Assembly (NCBI GenBank): GCA_018817165.1
Contig: JAHITY010000114.1
Span: 17,721 to 81,720 of the forward strand
DNA: 64,000 nucleotides
Source of the DNA: Candidatus Omnitrophota bacterium
GTDB lineage: Bacteria; Omnitrophota; Gorgyraeia; B26-G9
Direction: 5' to 3'
Numbering within the stretch: position 1 is the stretch's first letter; every line of letters begins with the position of its first letter. The notes below the pieces were generated by a model that ran no database searches, was not told the origin of the DNA, and saw only the letters and a list, made by a program, of their open reading frames with translations. A program made the translations under genes and the position numbers. Positions 39,515 through 48,982 of the stretch are shown here, one piece after another.

Positions 39515-40957
39515 TAATTTTCTTATATATATTTTTAAAAGAAGAAAAATTATTCTAAATTGCTGTATTATTATTGAATAAGTGAACTTGGATTTAAGCA
39601 TTTTTAAAATATATGCTGGTCTTAGGTAAAATGCATGCATTGTTTTTTTTGACCAGCTGGTTAATTCTTCGTATGATAAATCAGTTTCTTGTGGTTTCCA
39701 CATGTGTGCAGGTATATCTTTACCTAAATAAGATTCTAGCCAAAGATCTCTTCCGGTATTTAGTTTTATATTCTCAGCCATATATGTTTCAGGTAAAGCA
39801 AGTACTACATTGAATTGAGCGAAATGCAAAGGTATTTCCTTGGCGAAATTAATAGTGTCTTCAATAGTCTTAGAAGTTTCTCCCTTGTTCCCAATCATGA
39901 AAAATCCAAGAGTAAGAAGTCCTTTTTTTTCAGTCAGGGTGACAGCTGTTCTTATTTGCTCTAATGTTATTTTTCGGTTTAAATTATTGAGGATTGTTTG
40001 ATTTCCTGATTCAATGCCATAGTGTATGCTAATACACCCTGCTTCGACGAGCTTGTCAATTATCTCTTCATCAACTAAATCAACGCGTGTGCGGATGACC
40101 CATTTTACTTTAAGACGTTTTTTTATGATAAGATTACATAAATCTATGGTTTTTTTTCTATCGATAGTAAATGTCGAATCAAGGAATGCAATTTCTTTGA
40201 TCTTATATTTATTTTGACACTCTTCCATCTCGAGTACTATTTTTTCATTGCTGCTTGATTGATATTTAATTGTTTTATCAATACAATATGTGCAAGAATA
40301 TGGACAACCAATGCTTGCAGTCATGGTTGTGAATTTATCATGTAATGTTAATGCACTATTATAAATATTATTGTCAATAAGTTCTCTTGCTGGCATCGGT
40401 AATAGGTTAAAGTCAAATTGATTCTCATCTTCGGTTTTTACTGTTTTCCCGTCGGAGGTCCTGTATATTATTCCTTTTATATTGTTTGTGGCTTGATTTC
40501 TGGCTATTTTATCAATTAATTCAGTGCTGGCTGTAAATCCTTTTCCGGTTAAAGCATAATCAATATGTTTATTGAGAATTGTTTGTTCAGGGTAAAGCCG
40601 CGGGAAATGACCGCGAGCTATTAGCTTGCAGTTAAGATTATCCTTAAGTATTTTGAGTGATTTAAACTCATTTTGAGGGTTAAATATGTTTATAGTAGAA
40701 AATAGTATGTCAGGCTGAAATTTCTTGCATAGTTTTAGTATTTTTTCGACTGTTAACCCTGCTAATTCACCATCAAGAAGCAAAATATCATGGCCCTGTT
40801 TTTTAAACAAGCTGGCCTGGTAAAGAAGACCGAGCGGGGGGTAACGCACAAACCATTCACAATAAAGGTGTGCCCCCAAGTATCCTCCAGGACTAGTGAT
40901 CCGTGAGGCACTTGATTGATTATATGCTATTGGCAATCTTAGTAAAATAATTCTCAT
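39506..40957 (-). CDS. B12-binding domain radical SAM protein (minus strand).
   Basis: YPPLGLLYQASLFKKQGHDILLLDGE; ASIGCPYSCTYC; 3' end overlaps the convergent gene by 9 nt. Confidence 0.8.
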   Translation of the reverse strand: MRIILLRLPIAYNQSSASRITSPGGYLGAHLYCEWFVRYPPLGLLYQASLFKKQGHDILLLDGELAGLTVEKILKLCKKFQPDILFSTINIFNPQNEFKSLKILKDNLNCKLIARGHFPRLYPEQTILNKHIDYALTGKGFTASTELIDKIARNQATNNIKGIIYRTSDGKTVKTEDENQFDFNLLPMPARELIDNNIYNSALTLHDKFTTMTASIGCPYSCTYCIDKTIKYQSSSNEKIVLEMEECQNKYKIKEIAFLDSTFTIDRKKTIDLCNLIIKKRLKVKWVIRTRVDLVDEEIIDKLVEAGCISIHYGIESGNQTILNNLNRKITLEQIRTAVTLTEKKGLLTLGFFMIGNKGETSKTIEDTINFAKEIPLHFAQFNVVLALPETYMAENIKLNTGRDLWLESYLGKDIPAHMWKPQETDLSYEELTSWSKKTMHAFYLRPAYILKMLKSKFTYSIIIQQFRIIFLLLKIYIRKLLK

Positions 40958-41250
40958 AGTTTAATAGGATACAAAATTCTATTTTAAAATACAAGCTTTT
41001 ATAAAATATATGTTACATTATCTAAAATAATAGACATCTAATAATCCGAGAAATATCTATGTTATACACAAGCATTGTGGTATACTTTTTTGAGAATAGC
41101 CTGAAAGTATTAAAGGTATGGCCAATTTAAGAGAAAATACACGCTCTTCCGCATATATTTTTCATAGAATAAGCTCCTTTCTTTATGAGCCTATTCTAAC
41201 TTAAATCATCCTTTTTGTTAATGGGAGTAGTATAAATTTGAATGTAAATA

Positions 41251-42090
41251 ATGTTTAAAAATAAACAAATATTTATTATTATTTCATTAGTTTTTTTAAT
41301 TTTCAGCGTAAATAGTTTTGCTGCAGAAGTTGAAAAATATGATTGTTTTACTCTTCTGCCTTGGGCTGTTGGACAATTTGTTGAGTATCAAATTATAGGT
41401 ATTGAAAATGGGGGAGTAGAAGATCGATATAAAGTCAGTGTGATCGGGGAAGAAACAGTTGATAATGAAACATTTTTTTGGATCAGATTTGAGATTATAA
41501 AAAATAGACAGCTTCAAATTGCTTTTAAAGCATTGGTATTACCATTAAGTGAAACAGAATTCGCAAGAAACCCAGAAATTTATCTTTCGCAATGGCTGAT
41601 GTGGCTTTTGAGTCATTCTAAACAGTTGATTTTGGAATTGCCAAATAATCAGTTATTTAAAGTTGACAGTAAAGAGTTCTTTAAAAAAGCTGATGAGTTT
41701 TTGGGTGATTCCTTCTTTAATGAAATTTCGTATGAGAAAAGCGAAGTGGATTATTCCAAGTTAACCTATGATGATTCCAAGGTGAATATCTGTGTGTTAG
41801 CGGGAGTATTTGATTGTTTTCGTTTTCTAGTTAGAACTACGCCTCAGGATAGTTTTGATGATGAAGGGATAGATTTATGGCGATCTGAAAAGGTTCCTTT
41901 TTTAGGCATAGTAAAAATGGAATTTTCTATTGTTGGTTATAAAGAAAAGAATCGAATGCGGGAGATTAAGCGCGCTGCTAGTAATGATTGGTTAGCTAAA
42001 ATCTACAATCATTTTTTTAGTCAGCGGATTCCGTATCGAGAACGGAAAGATATTCATATAATGGAATTGGTTGATTTCAAGTCTAATTAG
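41251..42090 (+). CDS. Secreted hypothetical protein.
   Basis: Signal-peptide-like N-terminus MFKNKQIFIIISLVFLIFSVNSFAAE; no recognisable domain. Confidence 0.4.
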   Translation: MFKNKQIFIIISLVFLIFSVNSFAAEVEKYDCFTLLPWAVGQFVEYQIIGIENGGVEDRYKVSVIGEETVDNETFFWIRFEIIKNRQLQIAFKALVLPLSETEFARNPEIYLSQWLMWLLSHSKQLILELPNNQLFKVDSKEFFKKADEFLGDSFFNEISYEKSEVDYSKLTYDDSKVNICVLAGVFDCFRFLVRTTPQDSFDDEGIDLWRSEKVPFLGIVKMEFSIVGYKEKNRMREIKRAASNDWLAKIYNHFFSQRIPYRERKDIHIMELVDFKSN

Positions 42091-42094
42091 GTAT

Positions 42095-43921
42095 ATGTTC
42101 ATGATTAAAAAACAGCATTGTGCGAATAGTATTTCAATATTCCTGTTATTAGTTGCTCTTATTACAATTTACAACCTCCCTTTATTGCTCAATTTGGATA
42201 AAGCCTTTTTTCCCGTTCAGAAAAACTATATTAATACTACTTATTTTACATATTTTTTTGCTTATTTCTATCACTATTCTATTACACTGTCACATCATTT
42301 TCCTTTTTGGTGTTCTTTTTACGAGGGGGGGTCCCCTTGGATTAGTCATCCTGCAGACATAAGTTTAAATCCGTTTTCTTTGGTATTGTTGGTATTTGGA
42401 GTTATTAAAGGCTTAAATTTAGCAAGCTATCTTTTTTCTGTTATAGGCGCGGGGTCAATGTATGTTTTAATGAGGAAGGTCTTTAGGTTACCGAAATTTG
42501 GAGCAGTTTACTCTGCTATTGTGTTTTCGATGAGCGGATTTTTTGCATATATGCAAGCTAATGGTTATCTTTATGCTAGAGATACATTGCTGTTGCCATT
42601 ATTAATGATATCTTTTTTGAAGTCTAGGAATGACAAAAGGTTTATTTTTGTTTCTGCTTATTTTTTAGCATTTCTATTTATGCAATCTTGTTTGTATTTT
42701 CCAGTAATAGTTTTATTTCTTTTTTTTATTGTAATGTCTGACTCTTTTATGATTAATAAAAAAACTATATGTTTTGATAAAAAATATTTCATTGTTTTTG
42801 GGGTAACGATAACTCTGGCTCTTTTATATTCTATGCCAAAACTTTTACCGCTATTAAATGACTTAAATATTCAAACTGTGGCTGAAAAATTTGATTATAC
42901 CATGAGGATAAGCCAGGCTAATACATTCCCTTTATTATTGAAACATATTTTGAAGCCGGTAGATTCTAGTGCCGGAACAATGTTTATGGGGGTTTTGCCC
43001 TTGTTTTTATGTACGGTTTCAATAGTAATACTATTTAGCCGATTAAAAAAGTGGATTTTTGTGTTAGCTGTTTTTATTTGGCTTTCTTTGGGGCCTAACG
43101 CTATTATTGACTTACATTATATATTTTGGCATCTGCCAATTTTTAAGTCAATTAGGGAAATATCAAAATATTATGCTTTAATTTTAGTTTTTCTTATAAG
43201 TTTAATCAGCGGACACTTTTTTATCATTTTAAAAAATAATGCATCTTCAAAAAAATATCATATTATTTCTCTAGTAATAATTGTTCTCACATATCTAAAT
43301 TTGTGTTGGGCAAATGCGGGGTATTTTAATGTTTATAAACAAAAAATCACGGATAAATTCTCCCTTAAGAATGTTACTTATGTTAAGGCTATGAATATGC
43401 ATCTTGCCGATGATAGTTCTATACTGCCATTAAGATTAGCATTATTTTTTAAGGGGTACGGCATTGTTGGGGCTAAAGTGTGGGATCCGTATTTAGATTT
43501 CTCTTCAAATATAATCCCGGAATATTTTGTTTTAACACAGTATGCTTTTTTATCTCCCAGTACTAAGGCTATTTTTATTAAAAACCCTGGATATAAAGGT
43601 GAAGTATGGTTTTTAGATGATGCGAATATCGTAAAAGCATATTCAAATTATCAATCAAAGATTGAGGTTCAAGTTGTTGTTAATAAACCGGGGGGAATGT
43701 TTATTAATCAAAGTTATTCGCATAGGTGGAGTGTAAATGAGGGGGAGATTTTCAATAGAGATAATAGACTTTTTATAGTCCTTGATCGGGTGGGACAATA
43801 TAAAATAGTGTTAAGGTATATTCCTATATATTTTTATGCGGGATTGTTTATTTGTTTTGTCTCAGTTTTTGGTTCTATATTTATTTTTTTTAAGATATCT
43901 AAACGAAAAGTTAGCGCGTAA
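42095..43921 (+). CDS. Polytopic membrane protein, YfhO/GT-C-like (putative glycosyltransferase or glycan polymerase). Start moved to the ATG at 42095.
   Basis: More than 12 hydrophobic helices; N-terminal pattern FPFWCSFYEGGSPWISHP resembling the YfhO-family loop; C-terminal soluble domain and a final TM helix. Confidence 0.4.
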   Translation: MFMIKKQHCANSISIFLLLVALITIYNLPLLLNLDKAFFPVQKNYINTTYFTYFFAYFYHYSITLSHHFPFWCSFYEGGSPWISHPADISLNPFSLVLLVFGVIKGLNLASYLFSVIGAGSMYVLMRKVFRLPKFGAVYSAIVFSMSGFFAYMQANGYLYARDTLLLPLLMISFLKSRNDKRFIFVSAYFLAFLFMQSCLYFPVIVLFLFFIVMSDSFMINKKTICFDKKYFIVFGVTITLALLYSMPKLLPLLNDLNIQTVAEKFDYTMRISQANTFPLLLKHILKPVDSSAGTMFMGVLPLFLCTVSIVILFSRLKKWIFVLAVFIWLSLGPNAIIDLHYIFWHLPIFKSIREISKYYALILVFLISLISGHFFIILKNNASSKKYHIISLVIIVLTYLNLCWANAGYFNVYKQKITDKFSLKNVTYVKAMNMHLADDSSILPLRLALFFKGYGIVGAKVWDPYLDFSSNIIPEYFVLTQYAFLSPSTKAIFIKNPGYKGEVWFLDDANIVKAYSNYQSKIEVQVVVNKPGGMFINQSYSHRWSVNEGEIFNRDNRLFIVLDRVGQYKIVLRYIPIYFYAGLFICFVSVFGSIFIFFKISKRKVSA

Positions 43922-44236
43922 ATTGTTAGTTTTTGTAAAATCTTATTAAATTTAAAAAAATGAAAGCAGTCGGTTTAAGTTTGGTGTAAAGAAAAATCCT
44001 GAGTAAATGTGAAATAATTGGGATGAGCATAGTATAAAAAAGAATAAGGGTATAGGGGGAAATATACTATTGACAACTTATATTTTTTTGCTGTAGATTT
44101 CTAAAGAATAGGATTGTGGCTGTCCATCCGGTTAAATGAATGTATAATGGTCTTAAAGAAATAGACAACTTTTTAATTATGAACGAATTATGGGAGTAAA
44201 AATTTTTTTCTTGAAGTAATAAAGTTAAGGTAAATT

Positions 44237-45508
44237 ATGAAAATAATGCTAATCCAGCCAGATAGAAGGCGGCATAGATCTTTTTTGGAGCAACCTCTTG
44301 CCATAGCGATTTTAGCTGCATTAACCCCTAAAGATATTGAAGTGGAATTTTATGATGAGGGTTTGGAAAAAATTCCTTATTATAGGAAAACAGATTTAGT
44401 TGCTATAACGGTAAATATTTTTACTGCTAAAAAAGCTTACGAAATTTCCCGCGAATTTAAAAAGTATAATGTGCCGGTGGTTTTAGGAGGGATTCATCCG
44501 TCATTGGTTCCAGAAGAAGCAATTCAGTATTGTGATTCTGTGGCTATTGGAGAAGCTGAGGAAATATGGTTAAAGATAATTGGCGATCTTAAAATTAATA
44601 AGTTGAAAAGGTTCTATGTCAGTTCAGGCCGTGCAGAATTAGATGGGATTTTACCTATGAGAGATATTTTTAAAGGTAAAAAGTATTTACCATATCATTT
44701 GGTGGAATTTGGAAGAGGATGCCGGCATAGTTGTAGTTTTTGTGCAGTAAGTTCTTTTTATAAAAGCACCTATACTCATAGGTCGATAAAAGATTTAATT
44801 CGTGAGATTAAAGGACTTGAGCGGGGAAAATTATTCTGTTTTGTAGATGATAATATAGCTATGGATTCGGAAGTTACCAAGAATATGCTTAGGGAACTTT
44901 GTAAACTGAACGTAAAATGGATGGGGCAGGCTAGTACGAAAATTATTTACGATAAGGAGCTGCTAGATTTAATGGCGAAAAGTGGTTGTCTTTGGTTGCA
45001 TATTGGGTTTGAAGCGATAGATAATCAAACACTTAAGAGGTACAATAAACATCATAATTTAGGGGTAGATTATGGTGAATTAGTGAACCAACTTAGGGAA
45101 AGAGGCATTTCTGTGCACGGAACATTTATTTTTGATTGGAAACATTCTGATCAATTGATTTTTTCTAGAACACTTGAGTTCGCTTTGAAATATAAACTTT
45201 TTTATGCAGGGTTTAATTTGTATTCTCCTATTCCTGGGACTCCATTGTATAAGGAATTGTTATTGAATGGAGAGATTTGTTCGGAGCCGTGGTGGTTGAT
45301 TGGTAATCGTGAATTCGTAAATAAAATGGTGGGGATGGAAAGAATTAAACAAGAATGTACTAATATTTCTATGAAGTTTTACAAGGTGACATCAATACTT
45401 AGAAGAGTTGAGTTTAAAGCTAATTTTCGGAGTTGTTTTAAGGCTCTATTTTTTCTCTTTATAAATTTTATAAAGAAAATTGGTTGTGCCAAAAAGAAAA
45501 ATATTTAA
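44237..45508 (+). CDS. B12-binding domain radical SAM protein.
   Basis: MKIMLIQPD...LAIAILAALTP...VEFYDE; FGRGCRHSCSFC. Confidence 0.75.
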   Translation: MKIMLIQPDRRRHRSFLEQPLAIAILAALTPKDIEVEFYDEGLEKIPYYRKTDLVAITVNIFTAKKAYEISREFKKYNVPVVLGGIHPSLVPEEAIQYCDSVAIGEAEEIWLKIIGDLKINKLKRFYVSSGRAELDGILPMRDIFKGKKYLPYHLVEFGRGCRHSCSFCAVSSFYKSTYTHRSIKDLIREIKGLERGKLFCFVDDNIAMDSEVTKNMLRELCKLNVKWMGQASTKIIYDKELLDLMAKSGCLWLHIGFEAIDNQTLKRYNKHHNLGVDYGELVNQLRERGISVHGTFIFDWKHSDQLIFSRTLEFALKYKLFYAGFNLYSPIPGTPLYKELLLNGEICSEPWWLIGNREFVNKMVGMERIKQECTNISMKFYKVTSILRRVEFKANFRSCFKALFFLFINFIKKIGCAKKKNI

Positions 45509-45799
45509 TTATAATTACCAGAGAATACAGAGGAATAATATGAATAGACTATTGGTAAAATTCCTCGCAGTATTGAATATTTTAATGTCTTTAGGCTTCG
45601 GGGTTTAGGCTTTGCTTTGCGTGGTACTGGTCTCCAATTTATCATAATTATATAAATTTATTTTGCTTATAAATCAGCACTAATTATTGTGATTTTCAAT
45701 ATATAAAGTTTAAAAATATAGTTATTTGGAAATATATTGGCAAATACATAACAAAAGGAGCACTGCAAAAAGAAGCTATTCTCATGCTATGGTTGCGGA

Positions 45800-46057
45800 A
45801 AAGCGTATGAAATCGGCTAGTATGCATTGCAGGAATTAAGCAAGTGAAATCAGATGGACTGGTAAAAGAGATAATTATTGTATATGATAATTCTGAAGAT
45901 AATCTAAAATCTATCTTTCGGGATATTAATTCTTTGGATATAATAAAACTATATCATTTTTATAATTAAGGAAATGCTTCGGTTATTAAAACTAGTTTAG
46001 AGAAATCTCCCTGTGATATTGTCTTGATTCAAGATGGGGATATTGAACCCAACTAGT
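45800..46057 (+). pseudogene. Truncated, stop-interrupted remnant of a GT2 (Dpm1-like) glycosyltransferase gene homologous to 48983..49678.
   Basis: Nucleotide-level similarity to 49040..49270 (e.g. gatataataaaRctatatcat; attcaagatggggat). The translation VKEIIIVYDNSEDN...DIIKLYHFYN*GNASVIKT...VLIQDGD carries an in-frame stop and ends abruptly. Confidence 0.55.
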
Positions 46058-46113
46058 ATTATGCTTATTAGCTATATGTTTTAGGTTTTTAATATAAAAG
46101 GAAACGATTCATT

Positions 46114-47106
46114 ATGAGGATAAAAGATAAGATTTATTGTGCTTATTCTATTTTAAAATCTAGGATTTTGAATGTTAGAATTCCTTTGGCTGTGCGTTGG
46201 CAATTGACAAATAAATGCACCTTGCGTTGTAAGTATTGCAATATCTATGATAAGGGGGGTAGCGAATTAGGCTTAAGTCAGGTAAAGGATGTTTTATGTC
46301 AGTTGAAAGGTTTGGGAACAAAACGCATATCTTTTAGTGGTGGGGATGTTTTGTTAAGAGACGATTTTTCTGAAATACTAGACTGCTGTATCGATTATGG
46401 TATTTATCCGGAGTTAAATTGTAACGGTGTTTTATTTTACGACAAAGCGCATAAGCTAAAAAAACTGGATTTTGTTAAGTTTAGTTTGGATGGACCGAAG
46501 CAGGTGCATGATTCTTTGAGAGGGGATGGGTCATTTGATAAGGTTATGAAATCTGTTGAGGCTTGCTTGAAAAACAAAATAAAATTTGGATTTGCGATGA
46601 CATTAACAAAATTCAATATTAATGATTTAGATTTCTTGCTGCAGACCGCTAAAAAATATGAGACTATTGTTGCTTTTCAGCCAGTTAAATCAATGCATAA
46701 AGGCATTGAAGGAATTGATGAATTTTTAGGTTCTGAAGAAGTTTTTAGAAAGGCGTTAAAGAAGCTTATCCTAGAAAAAGGAAGAGGATGTGAAAATATA
46801 CGTAATTCGATGAGGGAGTTGAAATATATTTATGATTGGCCGAATTTAAAAGAGATGAAATGCTATGCTGGGCAGATTTTTTGTATAATTGGCCCTGATG
46901 GAGATGTCTATCCTTGTGATCGGGTTGATGGTTTTATGAATAACACCATTTTGCCAAATTGTCAAAAACTGGGGATAGAAGAGGCGATAAGGCAGTTGCC
47001 TGAATTTTATTGTAAAGGGTGCGGGTTTTGCGGGGCATTAGAATTAAATCATTTAATGAATTTTAAATTCGGTGTGCTTAAGTCAATAAAAAGGATAATA
47101 TCTTGA
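46114..47106 (+). CDS. Radical SAM/SPASM-domain protein. Paralog of 24747 and 28347.
   Basis: QLTNKCTLRCKYC; FSGGDVLLRDD; C-terminal CYAGQIFCIIGPDGDVYPCD...CKGCGFCG. Confidence 0.75.
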   Translation: MRIKDKIYCAYSILKSRILNVRIPLAVRWQLTNKCTLRCKYCNIYDKGGSELGLSQVKDVLCQLKGLGTKRISFSGGDVLLRDDFSEILDCCIDYGIYPELNCNGVLFYDKAHKLKKLDFVKFSLDGPKQVHDSLRGDGSFDKVMKSVEACLKNKIKFGFAMTLTKFNINDLDFLLQTAKKYETIVAFQPVKSMHKGIEGIDEFLGSEEVFRKALKKLILEKGRGCENIRNSMRELKYIYDWPNLKEMKCYAGQIFCIIGPDGDVYPCDRVDGFMNNTILPNCQKLGIEEAIRQLPEFYCKGCGFCGALELNHLMNFKFGVLKSIKRIIS

Positions 47107-47390
47107 TTTTGTTAGTTAGCCACCAGGAATGTTTTCCCCAGTAGTCAAGGATTTTTTAAGTTAAAGCTGTTTTTATATATAGTACAATATAAATAGGGAA
47201 GAAATTAATGTTCAAAATAAAAATATTAAATGCTCTATGCTTATTTTGTTTCTTTAGGTTTAGGTTTTCTGGGAACTGGCCGCCAATTACGAGTGTCCAT
47301 AATAAATTTCCTTTCAGATAAAAAGTTGTTTGATATTAATAAATTATGACTGTTTTTCAACTGAATGTCAAGTAGTTTTTGGAGTTAAAT

Positions 47391-48926
47391 ATGCGAAAAA
47401 TGAAAGTTTTACTTGTAAGGTCGCCGAGATATTATTGGCCGTTTATAAATGAATATGATAACTTTTTGCTGCCGCAATCGCTTCCTTGCCTTGCTGCGGC
47501 TCTGCGTGCCAGTGGTATATCGGTAAAAGTTATTGATTGCATGCCGATGAAAATGGGATGGAAAAGTTTAGAAAATCAGATAAAAATTGAAAAACCGGAT
47601 GTTGTTGGTGTCGGTGATAGCGAATCAATGTATTCTAATGAGGCAGTCCGGGTTCTTAAAATCGCCAGGATGCTTAATCCGCAGGTAGTTACGGTTGCCG
47701 GCGGGGCTCATTTTTCTAATTTAGCCCATGAGTCTCTCAAGGAATTTCCGATAGATTTTATTGTCAAAGGGGAAGGCGAGATAACATTTGTTGAATTAGT
47801 TAAGGAAATTTCCAAATTAAATCCAGACTTTAATAGTGTAAATGGGATTCTGTTTCGCCAGGAAGATGTAATTATTGAAACCGCTCCGCGGAAACTAATC
47901 GAAAATTTAGACGATTTACCCTTACCTGCCTATGATTTAATGCCTATGGATCAGTATGGCCGAGCAAAATATCTTTTTTCCCCAGGAGGGATAACAATCC
48001 ATCATAGTCGAGGCTGTATAAGCAATTGTGATTTTTGTGTGTGGTGGGTTCAAATGGCAGAAAAAACAATAGAAAATGGAGAAGTTAAATTAACCCCCCG
48101 TTGGAGAACAAAAAGTGTTGAGAGAACTATCGAAGAAATCGAATTATTATATTATACCTATAAAAAGAAATTTTTTATTTTTGTTGATGATTCTTGGAAC
48201 ATTGATCCTGATTGGAGTAATCGATTTGCCGAAGCAATTTTAGAGAAAAAAATGAAAATTAACTGGTTCGCTTTTTTGCGGGCAGATTGCATAATCAGAG
48301 ATGAGAAACTGGGAGTTATGGAAAAATTAGTTCGTTCAGGATTAAGGCATATCTCTGTTGGTGGAGAAAGAGCCGAAGATGATGAACTGAATGAAATTGG
48401 CAAAAAATGCTATAAGATCGATATGGTAAAAGAAGCCTTGGATATTTTTCGAAAAAAGTATCCGCAGGTTTTTACACAGGTAACTTTTATTGTTGGGGTT
48501 AGGAATGAAACTAAAAAAACGATGATGAATCAGCTGGCTTATGCTAAATCGCTTAAGGTAGATTATCCCGCTTTTCACCCAATCACTCCTGTGCCGGGAA
48601 CAAAGCTTTGGGATCAAGCCAAAGCCGAAGGCTGGTTGGAAATCACAGATTTTTCATATTATGATTGGTCAACACCGGTAATGGCTTCAAAAGATTTATC
48701 TCGGGACCAGATTGATGATTTATTGTATACTATCAATAAATCATATGCTTCATTTTGGTGGTTATTAAAGGGTTTGTGTAGTTTATATCCGCATAAACGG
48801 AATATGTATATTTGGTGGGTTTTAGTTGTTTTTAAAATGTTTTGGGATTCGCTGAAATCTTGGGTAAATCCGTTTAAGTTTAAAGAGTATATTAGAATTG
48901 TTAAACCTAAATGGTATGATGATTGA
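47391..48926 (+). CDS. B12-binding domain radical SAM protein. Start moved to the ATG at 47391.
   Basis: MRKMKVLLVRSP...LPCLAAALRASGISVKVIDC; HSRGCISNCDFC. Confidence 0.8.
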   Translation: MRKMKVLLVRSPRYYWPFINEYDNFLLPQSLPCLAAALRASGISVKVIDCMPMKMGWKSLENQIKIEKPDVVGVGDSESMYSNEAVRVLKIARMLNPQVVTVAGGAHFSNLAHESLKEFPIDFIVKGEGEITFVELVKEISKLNPDFNSVNGILFRQEDVIIETAPRKLIENLDDLPLPAYDLMPMDQYGRAKYLFSPGGITIHHSRGCISNCDFCVWWVQMAEKTIENGEVKLTPRWRTKSVERTIEEIELLYYTYKKKFFIFVDDSWNIDPDWSNRFAEAILEKKMKINWFAFLRADCIIRDEKLGVMEKLVRSGLRHISVGGERAEDDELNEIGKKCYKIDMVKEALDIFRKKYPQVFTQVTFIVGVRNETKKTMMNQLAYAKSLKVDYPAFHPITPVPGTKLWDQAKAEGWLEITDFSYYDWSTPVMASKDLSRDQIDDLLYTINKSYASFWWLLKGLCSLYPHKRNMYIWWVLVVFKMFWDSLKSWVNPFKFKEYIRIVKPKWYDD

Positions 48927-48982
48927 TATTTGAGTAGTATTAGCCTATCTAATTTGGTTTTTAAGGGGAATTTGTTTGAATT

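Noticed and set aside
34028-48926. Ladderane/anammox-type or hopanoid/lipid-methylation explanation for the B12-rSAM array.
   Set aside because: There are no fab/ACP, squalene-hopene cyclase or lipid biosynthesis genes. The neighbourhood is polysaccharide-type (GT1/GT2/GT-C, Wzy/WaaL-like).
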